NCBI GenBank assembly: GCA_039801365.1
Contig: JBDRUN010000003.1
Span: 2,146 to 66,145, forward strand
DNA from: a candidate division WOR-3 bacterium
Lineage (GTDB): Bacteria > Hydrothermota > Tepidihabitantia > Tepidihabitantales > Tepidihabitantaceae
DNA: 64,000 nt
Direction of reading: 5' to 3'
Position 1 is the stretch's first letter. Each line of letters begins with the position of its first letter. Below, piece after piece: positions 50,038-61,149 of this stretch. The notes beneath the pieces were generated by a model. It was not told where the DNA came from, made no database searches, and saw nothing but the letters and a program-made list of their open reading frames with translations. Both the position numbers and the translations under genes were made by a program.

Positions 50038-50886
50038 ATGAGGAGACTGCTGGGACTGGTACTGGTCATGCTGGTCGTGTTTGCAGCCGGGGTCGGCTGC
50101 AAGTCCAAGGTGGAACTCGACAAAGCAGCAGTGCGTGCTTTGGTGGAAAAGGACTCCACCCACTTCAGGGGCAGTACTGCAGGCGACTCGAGCGAGAACG
50201 TGTTCGGACTCGACGACACGACCGAAGGGCTGTGGTGGCGCGGGCCCCAGAGTCACGACCCGTCGCCAGTCATCGAAGTCGGTGTATCGGGCGATTCGGC
50301 CTGGGTTGGCTGGCACCAGCACAACTACGGCGAACTGATTCACTGGGTCAAGACCAGCGATACGACCGCGGTGCGCTGGGTGAAGAACCTGCAGGAAAAG
50401 GTGCAGATCAACGCCATCTTCATGCGTGATGGCAAGGTAAGCGACACAGACCGGGGCTGGAAGCTCAAGAAAATCACGCTCGTGGAAGGTACATCGGAAA
50501 CGACGAACACCGTGCGAATTGACAGCGTGCACATCCACACCTCGCTGCAGGACGTTACGATTGTTGACCCGCTGGCGCACTACTTCCGACTTGACAGCCT
50601 TGTTTCGTTCACACCGGGTGAGCAGGTGACGATAACGATGTACACCAACGTGGAGGATGGATTTGCCAACCTCCATGCGTTCTGGCTGATTTTCTTCATA
50701 AGGTTGCCTTTCCAGAACATGGGTAACGGCGTGTACTCAGGAACTTGGAATGCCGAGCTCGTGCCTGGGTTCCGGTTCGCCATATTCGAACTACTTTCCC
50801 GGGGCACACTCTTGAAGCCGCCGGAAACCGGGCCGTATGACTACAAAGGTTGGCTGTTCCCGTACATGATAAAGACCGCGGACTGA
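50038..50886 (+). CDS. Hypothetical lipoprotein
   Basis: MRRLLGLVLVMLVVFAAGVGC lipobox signal. Confidence 0.55.
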   Translation: MRRLLGLVLVMLVVFAAGVGCKSKVELDKAAVRALVEKDSTHFRGSTAGDSSENVFGLDDTTEGLWWRGPQSHDPSPVIEVGVSGDSAWVGWHQHNYGELIHWVKTSDTTAVRWVKNLQEKVQINAIFMRDGKVSDTDRGWKLKKITLVEGTSETTNTVRIDSVHIHTSLQDVTIVDPLAHYFRLDSLVSFTPGEQVTITMYTNVEDGFANLHAFWLIFFIRLPFQNMGNGVYSGTWNAELVPGFRFAIFELLSRGTLLKPPETGPYDYKGWLFPYMIKTAD

Positions 50887-50991
50887 CCTAGGGCTGTAAG
50901 GCGTATTATTAGGGCGAGGGGCGAGCAGCCCCTCGCTTTGGATCGAGCGGGTCTGGCTTGACCACGACAGTCTTGCTTCTATACTCACCAC

Positions 50992-51726
50992 ATGAAAGGT
51001 GTTGTCTTATGCGGCGGGATGGGAACCCGTCTGCTTCCTTTGACCCGCATAACCAATAAGCACCTGCTACCGGTCTATGACCGACCGATGGTGTATTACC
51101 CGATTGAAAAGCTGGTGCAGGCCGGTATCCGGGACGTGATGGTCGTGACCGGAGGTGAAAGTGCCGGTGATTTTCTGCGACTGCTGGCCAACGGACGGGA
51201 GTTCGGACTCAAGCGGCTTCACTACGCTTACCAGGAGGGTTCAGGGGGTATTGCCGCAGCATTGGCGTTGGCTGAGGACTTTGCCGAGGGCGACCGGTTG
51301 GTAGCAATCCTTGGGGACAACCTGTTTGAAGAGAATCTTGCGCCGTATGTGAACCGGTTTCGACGACAGAAAAGTGGAGCCAGAGTGTTGCTCAAGTCCG
51401 TCCCAGACCCGGAGCGGTTCGGCGTTGCCACGGTCAAGGCGGGAAGATTGTTGCGAGTCGTTGAGAAGCCGAGGCGACCGGACAGCGATTTGGCAGTGAC
51501 GGGCTGCTACATGTATGACACAAGAGTGTTTGATATTATCCGAACCCTCAGGCCATCGAAGCGCAACGAGCTGGAGATTACCGACGTGAACAACGTCTAT
51601 ATCAGCCGGAAGCAGATGGAGTACGACGTGCTTACTGGCTGGTGGCAAGACGCCGGGTCGTCGTTTGAGGCATATGCCAGAGCTCAGGCACTTGCGCGCG
51701 AGCTAAGGCTCCAGCGGTTGACGTGA
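50992..51726 (+). CDS. Sugar-phosphate nucleotidyltransferase (glucose-1-phosphate thymidylyltransferase-like, short form)
   Basis: MKGVVLCGGMGTRLLPLT...K(H/P)LLPV N-terminal signature. Confidence 0.85.
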   Translation: MKGVVLCGGMGTRLLPLTRITNKHLLPVYDRPMVYYPIEKLVQAGIRDVMVVTGGESAGDFLRLLANGREFGLKRLHYAYQEGSGGIAAALALAEDFAEGDRLVAILGDNLFEENLAPYVNRFRRQKSGARVLLKSVPDPERFGVATVKAGRLLRVVEKPRRPDSDLAVTGCYMYDTRVFDIIRTLRPSKRNELEITDVNNVYISRKQMEYDVLTGWWQDAGSSFEAYARAQALARELRLQRLT

Positions 51727-51781
51727 ACGGGTTTTCCTCCGTCCATATTGTCGTATCCTGGATCGGGCTGACATAGGGCGC

Positions 51782-54268
51782 ATGGCGTCGGGGGGCAAGC
51801 GTCTTCTTCTGATTGACGGCCATTCGCTCATCTACCGGAGCTTCTTTGCTTTCATCCGTCAGCCACTGCGCAACTCCAAAGGCCGCAATACCTCAGCCGT
51901 TTTTGGTTTTGCCAACACGCTAAGGAAACTGCTGAAAACCTTGAAGCCGGAGTATTGTGCGGTTGTGTTTGACGCACCAGGCAAGACTTTCCGGCATGAG
52001 AAGCTCGAACAGTACAAGATTCAGCGGCCGCCTGCACCCGAGGAGTTACCTGAACAGATTCCGGTAGTGAAGAAGATGGTGAAGGGATGGGGTCTGGCAA
52101 GTTTCGAACAAACCGGGGTTGAGGCAGACGATGTACTCGCCACGTTGGCGCGACGGTTCGCAAGCCAAGGGTTCGAGGTCGTGATTGCGACGAGTGACAA
52201 GGACCTGCTTCAATTGGTCGGGGGGCGGATAACAGCTTACGACCCGTGGCAGGAGAAGTTATACGGGTCAGAGGAAGTGCGGGAGAAGCTCGGAGTCGGG
52301 CCTGAGCTTGTCTGCGACTTTCTAGCGCTCACCGGCGATTCTAGTGACAACATTCCTGGGGTACCCGGTATCGGGCCGAAGCGGGCCTTAGAAATCCTGA
52401 CGCGGTACGGCTCGCTCGCCACAGCGCTGGAGAGAGAGCCGAAACTGCGCGGACATGAGTCGGTAGCCAGGCTTAGTCGGGAGCTTGTCGAGGTTCGTGA
52501 CGATGTTGACGTGGCGGCAAGACCTGAGGACCTAGTGACTGGAAAGCCTGACATCGAGACGTTAAGTGACATTTTCCGGGAGATGGAGTTCGATTCTCTG
52601 CTAAGAGAGCTGGGACCGGCAAAGTCGGAGGCAGGCGAAGTAGTTGAACTCAGAGGGGATGTGCCCGAACGTGGTATCGCCGTTTTTTCGCTTGGGACTG
52701 GTCTCGGTCTCTGGTTTACGCTGGACGGAGAAAAGACCACGTTCGTGCCAGCCGATAGAAACGATGCGGTACGACGGTTCCTCACTGGGCAGGAATTGAC
52801 CAAGGTCGGCTTCGATATCAAGAGCAAGGTCAAGCAGGCATGGCAGGCCGGGATTGCGCTGGCCGGACCGTTGTTTGACGTCGGGGTTGCGGCTTGGCTT
52901 GTGGACCCGAACCGGCGCAGCTATGGTTTGGAGGACGTCACTGCCCAGCTTCTGGGTCGACCGATACTTCCGGCAGGTCTTCAGGACGAACCGGCGCTGG
53001 TCTGGCAGCTGTTCAAGCATCTTGAATCTGATCTGGCAGCGCTGGGGCTGGAAAGGGTTGCCGGCGAAATAGAGATGCCGCTGATTCCGGTACTCGCTGA
53101 GATGGAGGAGCGTGGTGTTGGCCTGGACGTGGATTATCTCGGCCGGCTGGAACAGGAGCTCGGACAGGAGGCAGACCGGGTTCAGAAGAGTATCTGGAAC
53201 AAGGCCGGAGTTGAGTTCAACGTTGGCTCACCCAAGCAGCTTGCCGGAGTCTTGTTTGAGCGGCTCAAGCTTCCCAGGGGCAGGCGGACCAAGACCGGGT
53301 TCTCAACCGACTCAGTCGTGCTTGAGGAATTGGCCTCGCAACACCCGGTCATCCAGGACATTCTGTACTTTCGAGAATTGACCAAGCTGCGCAATACGTA
53401 TATCGGACCGCTGCGAGAGATGGCCCGGCCGGGCACCAACCGTATACACTGCGAGTTTAATCAGACCGGTACCGGCACGGGCCGGCTGTCCTCCTCCAAT
53501 CCAAACCTACAGAACATCCCGATTCGGACTGAACTAGGCCGCAGAATCAGGCAGGCTTTTGTCGCCGGACCGGGCAAGGTACTGCTGTCGGCAGACTACT
53601 CCCAGATTGAACTGCGGGTCCTTGCCCACATCGCCAATGATGAGGAGCTGAAAAGGGCATTTGAGCAGAAAGAAGATATCCATGTTCATACGGCTGCGGC
53701 AGTGTTCGGTGTTGCGGCCGAGGCTGTCACTCCGGAGCAGAGGCGGATGGCTAAGGTTGTCAACTACGGCCTGATATACGGGATGGGAGACTACGGGCTT
53801 TCCTGGCGGATGGGCATACCCCGCGAACAGGCGCGCGGATTTCTCGATGACTATATGACTCGGTTTGCCGGGGTTGCCGCCTGGCGCGAGCGCGTGCTGG
53901 CCGAGGTGCATGAGCGGGGTTTTGTGCGTTCACTGTCGGGACGGATTCGGCCGTTGCCGGGTGTGACGAGCAAGAACCGCAACGTTGTCGAGGCGGCAAG
54001 ACGTGCGGCTATCAATGCACCGGTCCAGGGTTCAGCCGCAGACATCATGAAGCAGGCGATGCTGAATGTGAATCGGCGGTTGAAGGAAGAGCGGCTTGAG
54101 GCCGGAATTATCGTACAGGTGCATGACGAGTTGCTGGTAGAAGTTGATGAGAACTGCCTGGCTGAGGTGAAGCTGGCAGTCAGGCAAGAAATGGAAGCAG
54201 CCTGGAAACTGGATGTGCCGTTGGTCGTTGACATTGGTACCGGCAAGACGTGGGGAGAGGCGCACTAG
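51782..54268 (+). CDS. polA: DNA polymerase I (5'-3' exonuclease plus polymerase domains)
   Basis: LLLIDGHSLIYRSFFA 5'-nuclease start; pol motifs A (LLSADYSQIELR), B (RRMAKVVNYGLIYG), C (VHDELL); 828 aa. Confidence 0.95.
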   Translation: MASGGKRLLLIDGHSLIYRSFFAFIRQPLRNSKGRNTSAVFGFANTLRKLLKTLKPEYCAVVFDAPGKTFRHEKLEQYKIQRPPAPEELPEQIPVVKKMVKGWGLASFEQTGVEADDVLATLARRFASQGFEVVIATSDKDLLQLVGGRITAYDPWQEKLYGSEEVREKLGVGPELVCDFLALTGDSSDNIPGVPGIGPKRALEILTRYGSLATALEREPKLRGHESVARLSRELVEVRDDVDVAARPEDLVTGKPDIETLSDIFREMEFDSLLRELGPAKSEAGEVVELRGDVPERGIAVFSLGTGLGLWFTLDGEKTTFVPADRNDAVRRFLTGQELTKVGFDIKSKVKQAWQAGIALAGPLFDVGVAAWLVDPNRRSYGLEDVTAQLLGRPILPAGLQDEPALVWQLFKHLESDLAALGLERVAGEIEMPLIPVLAEMEERGVGLDVDYLGRLEQELGQEADRVQKSIWNKAGVEFNVGSPKQLAGVLFERLKLPRGRRTKTGFSTDSVVLEELASQHPVIQDILYFRELTKLRNTYIGPLREMARPGTNRIHCEFNQTGTGTGRLSSSNPNLQNIPIRTELGRRIRQAFVAGPGKVLLSADYSQIELRVLAHIANDEELKRAFEQKEDIHVHTAAAVFGVAAEAVTPEQRRMAKVVNYGLIYGMGDYGLSWRMGIPREQARGFLDDYMTRFAGVAAWRERVLAEVHERGFVRSLSGRIRPLPGVTSKNRNVVEAARRAAINAPVQGSAADIMKQAMLNVNRRLKEERLEAGIIVQVHDELLVEVDENCLAEVKLAVRQEMEAAWKLDVPLVVDIGTGKTWGEAH

Positions 54269-54347
54269 AGTGAAGTTACCGGCTGTAGGTCACAAGTTAC
54301 GAACCTGTAACAGAGGGCGGCGAACAGCAAGCAGCAGGCGGTTGCGC

Positions 54348-55556
54348 GTGTTCCTTTCGTTTGGAACCAGACCGGAGGCGATAAAGCTGGCCCCGGTCAT
54401 CAGGCAACTCAAGCGCCATCCCGAGTCATTCCGAGTGTTCGTCGCGGTCACTGCCCAGCATCGGAGCATGCTTGACCAGGTTCTTTCGGTCTTCGACATC
54501 AAGCCGGACTTTGACTTGGACATTATGCGTGCCGGTCAATCGCCCGGGGATGTGACGAGGAGAACGTTGACCGGCATTGAGCGGTTGATTGTCAGGGTGA
54601 AGCCTGATGTGATGCTGGTTCAGGGTGATACGACGTCTGCCTTCGCGTCTGCACTGGCCGCATTCTACCATCGGGTTCCGGTTGGTCACATCGAGGCAGG
54701 ATTGCGCACGGCCGACAAGTATGCGCCATATCCTGAAGAAATGAACCGCCGACTTATCTCGAACCTTTCTGACATACACTTTGCACCGACACAACAGGCG
54801 CGAAAAAACCTATTAGGAGAGGGAGTACCTGCGCGTTCCATCCACGTAACCGGCAACACAGTCATTGACGCCCTGCACCTTGCACTCAAGAGGCGGGATG
54901 ATGGACTTGCGAGAGCATCATCAGAGGTTGCTGGACCTCATGTCTCGGGTTCGACTGGCTTTCAGACTTACCGGGGTAGTCGGCATACAGGAGCACGATT
55001 CCGGAGTACCATAACTCACGACCCGGAATCCAGAATTCTTCTTGTGACCGCCCATCGTCGGGAAAGTTTCGGACCCGGCTTCGAGCGCATCTGCCAAGCA
55101 CTTGCGGCCATTGTCCGGCGCAACCCGGATGTTGAACTTGTGTACCCGGTGCATCTGAATCCGAATGTGCGCCGGCCGGTCATGTCACTGCTGGGTAATC
55201 TGGGCCGTGTGCACTTGGTTGAGCCGCTTGAATACCTGCCGTTCGTCCGCCTGATGGAGCGGTCATACCTGATACTCACTGACTCAGGCGGGATTCAGGA
55301 GGAAGCGCCGGCCCTGGGTAAGCCGGTACTGGTTCTGCGCGATAAGACCGAACGACCTGAGGCAATAAAGGCCGGGACGGCAATACTGGTCGGTACCGAC
55401 CCGGCCAGAATCGTGGCCGAAACCGAACGACTCCTGAACTCACCCGCGGCCTACTACCGCATGGCCCGGGCGAAGAATCCGTTCGGTGACGGCAGGGCCG
55501 CGCAACGCATCGTCCACGTTCTGCGCAGGCTGCAGGCGCTCGGCATTCAGCCCTGA
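54348..55556 (+). CDS. wecB: UDP-N-acetylglucosamine 2-epimerase (non-hydrolysing)
   Basis: FGTRPEAIKLAPV, TAQHR, GDTTS, HIEAGLRT, DSGGIQEEAP motifs; GTG/TTG start proposed near 54342-54348. Confidence 0.85.
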   Translation: MFLSFGTRPEAIKLAPVIRQLKRHPESFRVFVAVTAQHRSMLDQVLSVFDIKPDFDLDIMRAGQSPGDVTRRTLTGIERLIVRVKPDVMLVQGDTTSAFASALAAFYHRVPVGHIEAGLRTADKYAPYPEEMNRRLISNLSDIHFAPTQQARKNLLGEGVPARSIHVTGNTVIDALHLALKRRDDGLARASSEVAGPHVSGSTGFQTYRGSRHTGARFRSTITHDPESRILLVTAHRRESFGPGFERICQALAAIVRRNPDVELVYPVHLNPNVRRPVMSLLGNLGRVHLVEPLEYLPFVRLMERSYLILTDSGGIQEEAPALGKPVLVLRDKTERPEAIKAGTAILVGTDPARIVAETERLLNSPAAYYRMARAKNPFGDGRAAQRIVHVLRRLQALGIQP

Positions 55557-55605
55557 GCCGTATCGTGGAGTTGACACCTGTGGTCATTTCCCTACACTTT
55601 GCAAC

Positions 55606-56835
55606 GTGAATAGATTGTTGCAGTATCTGCGCGTTGTCATCAAGTGGCGCAGACTTATTTTCTATAACACGTTGGTCATGACCGTTCTGGCAGTGGTGAT
55701 CAGTTTCATTCTTCCGCAACGCTTCACCGCCGTCGCCCAGCTCCTTCCTCCACCCGAAGACGACATGCTTGGGATGTCGTCAATCCTGGGAAGCAGTGGG
55801 TTTGGCACCAGCCGGCTGAGCCGGCTGCGTTTAGGCAGTATGCTGGGAGGATCAACACCATCAGACCTGATGGTTGGCATCATGGGCAGCCGCAGCGTGA
55901 TGCAGAAGGTGGTCGAACGTTGCAGTATCATTTATCACTATCGGATAAAGAAGAACAGCATCGAGAGTGCCATCAAGACCCTTCGCAAGTTGACGAATCT
56001 GAGCGTCTCAGACGACGGCATCGTGAAGATCAGGGTGGATGCCAAGACTCCAGCGCTTGCCGCGGCAATTGCCAATTCTTACGTCGAAGAGCTGGACGAC
56101 TTCTTGCGTCACTCCAACATCAGTCGGGGCCGCAACATGCGGCTGTTTCTGGAACGCCGGGTAGAAGAAGTTGAAAGCAGTCTGGCGGTGGCGCGAGAAT
56201 CGCTCGAAGCATTCCAGCAGCGCCATAAGACCGTCTCCGTCAACGATGAGACAAAGGCGGCAGTTGAAGCCTACGCCAAGCTCAAGTCTCAGCTGTACCT
56301 GAGGCAGGCCGAACTGGGCATGGTCGAAGAAGTCAGCGGGCTTGAGAACCCATATGCGACAAGTCTCAGGGGAGAGGTTGATGCTTTTCAGAATCAACTC
56401 AAGAAACTTGAGCGGGGAGGGTCCAGGACAGGATTCGGCGCAGGCTTCGGCGTCCCTTTCGAGAGTCTGCCAAGCGTCGCGGCGGAGTTTCTGCGTCGGT
56501 ACCAGGACCTCAAGATTCAGGAAGAGACTTACGCGATGCTCTACCAGCAATATGAGTATGCCAAGATCCTGGAAGCTCGCGATACCCCTTCAATTACGGT
56601 CCTCGATTATGCAGTGCCACCAGAGAAACGCAGTTTTCCGCGGCGATTGGTCATTACCCTTGCGGTCTTGTGCTTCAGCCTTCTGGCCAGTATTGCCTTT
56701 GCACTAGTGTCGGAGTATTTTCACCACCTCAGCGTGACTCGGCCCCAGGAGTACGCAGGATGGCAGGAGGTCGGCGCGCAGATTGTTCAGCTCCTTCGTC
56801 GTCCTAAGCGGGCAGACGCTGGCAAGACCGTCTGA
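55606..56835 (+). CDS. Polysaccharide chain-length determinant (Wzz/GumC-family)
   Basis: N-terminal TM (LIFYNTLVMTVLAVVISFIL), long coiled periplasmic region, C-terminal TM; GTG start at 55606 proposed (the ORF's first ATG at 55486 overlaps wecB). Confidence 0.65.
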   Translation: MNRLLQYLRVVIKWRRLIFYNTLVMTVLAVVISFILPQRFTAVAQLLPPPEDDMLGMSSILGSSGFGTSRLSRLRLGSMLGGSTPSDLMVGIMGSRSVMQKVVERCSIIYHYRIKKNSIESAIKTLRKLTNLSVSDDGIVKIRVDAKTPALAAAIANSYVEELDDFLRHSNISRGRNMRLFLERRVEEVESSLAVARESLEAFQQRHKTVSVNDETKAAVEAYAKLKSQLYLRQAELGMVEEVSGLENPYATSLRGEVDAFQNQLKKLERGGSRTGFGAGFGVPFESLPSVAAEFLRRYQDLKIQEETYAMLYQQYEYAKILEARDTPSITVLDYAVPPEKRSFPRRLVITLAVLCFSLLASIAFALVSEYFHHLSVTRPQEYAGWQEVGAQIVQLLRRPKRADAGKTV

Positions 56836-56836
56836 A

Positions 56837-58309
56837 ATGAATCCGGACCCCGGTGTTGACCGGGACCATCCGACCTTGGCCGCGCCCAGGGTCGCCAGAA
56901 ATACCGCCTACCTTGCCCTGGCGGATGTTGCCAACAAGGTCATGGTGTTTGTTTTTTTTGCACTGGCTGCCCGTCACCTCGGTACCGAGAAGTTCGGCAT
57001 CTTTTCTCTTGCTCTGGCTTTTACGACTATGTTCTCGGTCTTTTCAGACTTAGGGTTGGGATTTCTGGCTGCCCGGGAGATCGCCAGAGATTCATCTGTT
57101 GCGAGTCGCTACATCGGTAACGCCCTGGCAATCAAGGTGGCGGTCTCTGTTCTCCTTATCGGCATTGTGACGCTGACTGTCCGGCTACTCGGTTATCCCA
57201 GCACGACGGTCGCAGTCGTAGGAGTCACGAGCCTGTTCATACTTACCAGTGCGGTCGCGCTTTACTATAGCTTCATCTTCCAAGGGTTCGAACGCATGGA
57301 ATTCACCGCTCTTACAAGGATGCTGCAAACCGGCACTCTGATTACCGGCGGTGTGCTATTGGGCAGGGGTGCGGCTGTTACCCTGCGCTACGCTTGGTTG
57401 TACGTTGGCGCCGGATTCGCTGCCGCGCTCGCGTCCGCGGTGGTCTGTGCCGCAGTCTTGGTTGCACCCAGTTTGAGGCTTGAACTTCGAACGATGGTGC
57501 GGATGCTGCGGGCTGCGTTCCCTTTCGGCCTGGCTTCGGTGTTCGTTGTACTGTACTATTGGAATGGAACCGCGCTTCTTTCCAAGTTCAAGGGGGACAG
57601 TGAAGTCGGACTCTATAGCGCCGCCTTCCGGCTTGTACTTGGTGTTGGATTCCTATCGTTTGCCTTTTCCGGAGCAATGTACCCGGTGATGTCGCGGCTT
57701 CACCAGGGTGCTGCCCAGCGCCTGCAGGCAGGGATTACTTCGTCGCTTAGATACGTGATGATACTGGCGGTTCCGGTTGCCGTATTCGGGCTTGTGCTTG
57801 CTGGACCGCTTGTCCGGTTCATCTACGGCGGCCAATACGTAGGTTCAGTTGCCATGTTACGCGTACTTGCATGGTGGGGCGGGTTGGCCTCGCTGAACTC
57901 GATGCTCAGTAACTACCTGTATGCTGTTGATCGGCCCGGGGTCGTAATGCTGCAATCGGCAGTTGGCCTGGGCGTCAATGTTCTTCTGAATTTCCTCCTG
58001 ATACCGCTGGCCGGTGGTATCGGAGCAGCGGTTTCAATTACCGCGGCCGAGTTCACCGGCACGGTCATGTTGACGGTGGCCCAGCGCACGACCGCTGCGC
58101 GAGCGGACTTACGTCAACTTGCGGGTTGCTGGGGCCGGTGTCTTATTGCGGCGGTTCTGGTAGCGCCACTGGCATGGGTGCTCGCCAAATTGCACGTCCT
58201 CGTCAGCGTCGCTGTCGGTTTGTCTGTCTATATACTGCTGCTTACCATGCTGCGCGGTTTCGACCGAGCCGACGTCCTTCTCCTACGTCGCGTGCTCGGC
58301 AAGGAGTAG
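56837..58309 (+). CDS. Oligosaccharide flippase (Wzx, MOP superfamily polysaccharide biosynthesis protein)
   Basis: About 12-14 TM helices, characteristic N-terminal YLALADVANKVM..LAARHLG region. Confidence 0.8.
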   Translation: MNPDPGVDRDHPTLAAPRVARNTAYLALADVANKVMVFVFFALAARHLGTEKFGIFSLALAFTTMFSVFSDLGLGFLAAREIARDSSVASRYIGNALAIKVAVSVLLIGIVTLTVRLLGYPSTTVAVVGVTSLFILTSAVALYYSFIFQGFERMEFTALTRMLQTGTLITGGVLLGRGAAVTLRYAWLYVGAGFAAALASAVVCAAVLVAPSLRLELRTMVRMLRAAFPFGLASVFVVLYYWNGTALLSKFKGDSEVGLYSAAFRLVLGVGFLSFAFSGAMYPVMSRLHQGAAQRLQAGITSSLRYVMILAVPVAVFGLVLAGPLVRFIYGGQYVGSVAMLRVLAWWGGLASLNSMLSNYLYAVDRPGVVMLQSAVGLGVNVLLNFLLIPLAGGIGAAVSITAAEFTGTVMLTVAQRTTAARADLRQLAGCWGRCLIAAVLVAPLAWVLAKLHVLVSVAVGLSVYILLLTMLRGFDRADVLLLRRVLGKE

Positions 58310-58313
58310 TATC

Positions 58314-59858
58314 GTGCGGCCTTGGTCGAGACTGGGTTCCTGCTTCGCTCAGCTTCGTGGAAGTGCTGGACTCGGTGAGAGATGCAACTCGACAAGTTTT
58401 CCTGGAAAATACGGACTGCTGGTCCTGCTGGTTTGTCAAGCGGTAGTTCTGATCGCTTATTACTTGCTGCTGTCCAATACCGCTGACGTAGCTGTGTCAG
58501 TTATGGTCCTTTTTCTACCATTCTTACTTGGCACGTTGGTTGTCGTCTTGAGCCACGAATCGTACGCCACGACTTTCTTTGTACTTGCGGCGACGTTGGC
58601 CGGGCTTGGCTTTCTGCCTGGCAGTCCAGGTCTTAATACAGTCTATGTCGTCTTTCTTATGCTTGCCTATGTTGTGGCTAACCTGTCGTTTCGATTGGTG
58701 GGCGCTGGTGATGTCAGACTGAAGGGCCTGCCTATACCATTCGGTTCTCTCTTTCTGGTACTCGCTGTTGCTCTGCTGGTTTCAACACTTGTTGCGGGGG
58801 CAAGGGGACTTCTCAATGTTGGACTGATAACCGGTGTTGTGACGTTCCTGCTGTCAGGTCTTGCCGTCTGGTACTTGGCAGGTTGCTTCAGCGATGAGGG
58901 ACGTCTTGTGAAGGTCATATACTCGGTAATACTAATCGTCACCGTTGCCAGTGTGGTTTGGCTGCCAGCAGCCTATGGGGCCATCGGGAAGAGGATGACG
59001 ATGCCATTTCAGTCGGTTGCGGTGGGCCTGAACGAGGTTGGGGGTTCGCTAGCAATGTTGGCGGTTCTAGCAATGGGGCTGCTCGTATTGGAGGAAAAAC
59101 CTGCCAGAAGGGTAGCACTTGGTATTGCGTTTCTGGTCTTGGTGCTCGGTCTCATCCTCACAAAGTCAAGGGGCGCCTGGGTTGGTGCCATTGCTGGTCT
59201 TGCATACATTCTCATTAGGGCGCGGCGGACCAAGATTCTACTTTTCTTCTTGGTGGCCATCCCCCTTGTCGTGGCTTTGCTCGAACCAATCAAGGCTACT
59301 TTTGTAGCCAGACTCACTCAGACCGAGGCCGGGGACCCTGCGTGGCTAGGCAGGGTCTTCATGTGGCAAACGGCGCTCCGGATCATTCCAAAGAATCTTC
59401 TGTTCGGCATTGGCCTGCACAACTTTGGGGTGGTAAAGTACGACTACGGGTTTCCTCGTTTTCTGGATCCGTTGGATGTTTCATTCTCCTATCGTCCAAA
59501 CCAAGTCCTGTTTGGGCACACCCACAATCTATACGTGGAGCTTCTTATGGGGATCGGAGTTATTGGTTTTGCTGCCTTTCTGCTTATCATACTTCTGACA
59601 GTTGTGAACCTGAACAGAATAGCAGGTACAGATCGGGAGACGAAGTTGAAGGGGCCGGCGCTAGGCTTGGCAGCCCTCCTGATAGCGTATATGACCCATT
59701 CTTTCTTTGACTACCTCTTGTGGATTGTGTACTCTCTCGTTGTGTTTGCTACCTTTCTGGGATTGTCGCTTGTGGTAGTGAAGTTGGACCAAGAAGGATC
59801 ACGCGCGTGGGTTGATCGTAGTACGTCAGCGGTTACTCGGTCACAGACTTTACGATAG
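58314..59858 (+). CDS. O-antigen ligase / Wzy-like polymerase family membrane protein
   Basis: Multi-TM protein with LTKSRGAWVG loop motif (O-antigen ligase domain). Confidence 0.65.
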   Translation: MRPWSRLGSCFAQLRGSAGLGERCNSTSFPGKYGLLVLLVCQAVVLIAYYLLLSNTADVAVSVMVLFLPFLLGTLVVVLSHESYATTFFVLAATLAGLGFLPGSPGLNTVYVVFLMLAYVVANLSFRLVGAGDVRLKGLPIPFGSLFLVLAVALLVSTLVAGARGLLNVGLITGVVTFLLSGLAVWYLAGCFSDEGRLVKVIYSVILIVTVASVVWLPAAYGAIGKRMTMPFQSVAVGLNEVGGSLAMLAVLAMGLLVLEEKPARRVALGIAFLVLVLGLILTKSRGAWVGAIAGLAYILIRARRTKILLFFLVAIPLVVALLEPIKATFVARLTQTEAGDPAWLGRVFMWQTALRIIPKNLLFGIGLHNFGVVKYDYGFPRFLDPLDVSFSYRPNQVLFGHTHNLYVELLMGIGVIGFAAFLLIILLTVVNLNRIAGTDRETKLKGPALGLAALLIAYMTHSFFDYLLWIVYSLVVFATFLGLSLVVVKLDQEGSRAWVDRSTSAVTRSQTLR

Positions 59859-60918
59859 CATAGATCTTGCTAGCAGTCAGTGCCCAGGAAAACCTATTAG
59901 CCTGATTCGGCCCCAGTCTGCGGAGTTGGTCTGCTAGCTGGGTGTTGTCTATCACGGTCTGGATTGTCTGGATGATGTCTCTTGTGGAGAGTGGGTTGAA
60001 GTAAAGCGCGGCACTACCCGCGACTTCGGGAATGCTTGCGGCCCGGCTGCATACGACCGGTGCTCCGTGCGCGAGTGCTTCGAGTACTGGGAGACCGAAT
60101 CCTTCGTAGAGGGAGGGGAATACGAACAGGGTACATCGGCGATATAACTTGGAGAGTTCTTGGTCGGGCACGTCGGATAGGAGAACTACCCGATCGGTCA
60201 GACCAAGCTTGGCAATGACTGCCTTTGTTGCCGCGATATGTTGGCTTGTTCCCCATCCGACGATGACGAGTCGAGTTACCTCAGGAAACTTCAGTCGTGA
60301 AAAAGCGGTAAGTAACCGGGCGAGATTCTTATGCGGAGGGTGTCCTCCGACGTAGAGTATGTATGGTTGCAGTATTCCTGTGACAGAACTGTTTCCGCTA
60401 CAGTCTGAATCAACCGAGGGCAGAAGTCCTTGACCTGGGGTGACCACATGAATACGTTTCGGTGGAAGCAGTCTAAGCCTCAGCAGGTCGAGGCGAGTAT
60501 TCTTGGAGTCACAGATGACCGCATTGGCCCAGCGCAACGTCTGAAGTCCCAGCCAGAATGTGGCCTTGTCCCGGCCGCGATGGGACCGGTTCATGATGAG
60601 GGGAATCAGGTCGTGGACGGTTGCCACCGTCGGGATCGTCGCAAGAGGCGGTACGATTGGGGTGACGCTCAGAAGAGCATCGTACCGCCTGGTGCAGTAG
60701 CCAGTTAGTGCTGTCATTGCCCACGCTGTCCTTCTCGTGCTGTAACGGGTGAAGTCTGGAACCTTAATCGTCTCGCAGCGCGTGGCAAGAAGGCTGGGGT
60801 CCGGTGTAAGCACTGTAACTTCACACAGCTGGGAGAGCTCCTCAACCATGTGTCTTATGTACTGAGTGATACCAACGGTGGTTCGTGTATCGAATGCCGC
60901 GTTGATCAGCAGTCTCAC
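59833..60918 (-). CDS. Glycosyltransferase family 4 (GT-B)
   Basis: FVFPSLYEGFGLPVLEALAHGAPVV signature. Confidence 0.85.
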   Translation of the reverse strand: MRLLINAAFDTRTTVGITQYIRHMVEELSQLCEVTVLTPDPSLLATRCETIKVPDFTRYSTRRTAWAMTALTGYCTRRYDALLSVTPIVPPLATIPTVATVHDLIPLIMNRSHRGRDKATFWLGLQTLRWANAVICDSKNTRLDLLRLRLLPPKRIHVVTPGQGLLPSVDSDCSGNSSVTGILQPYILYVGGHPPHKNLARLLTAFSRLKFPEVTRLVIVGWGTSQHIAATKAVIAKLGLTDRVVLLSDVPDQELSKLYRRCTLFVFPSLYEGFGLPVLEALAHGAPVVCSRAASIPEVAGSAALYFNPLSTRDIIQTIQTVIDNTQLADQLRRLGPNQANRFSWALTASKIYAIVKSVTE

Positions 60919-61149
60919 ACAGCAATAATAGTCAACATGTGCTGACGCTCAAGTTCCGGGGACCCCGCTGCGACAGTTCGAGATGTTGCGTGTGTGCGCA
61001 AGCCAGTGCGAGGACCCTGTTTGGCGGTCAGACAGGTTCCTGACTGATTTGACACACACGAAGCTCTCACTAGTATCTCGTAAGCTGGCGGCCGGCAGAG
61101 TCGGCTTCTCAGTGGATCACCTGGACGCTGCTGCCGAGCCGACGGAAGA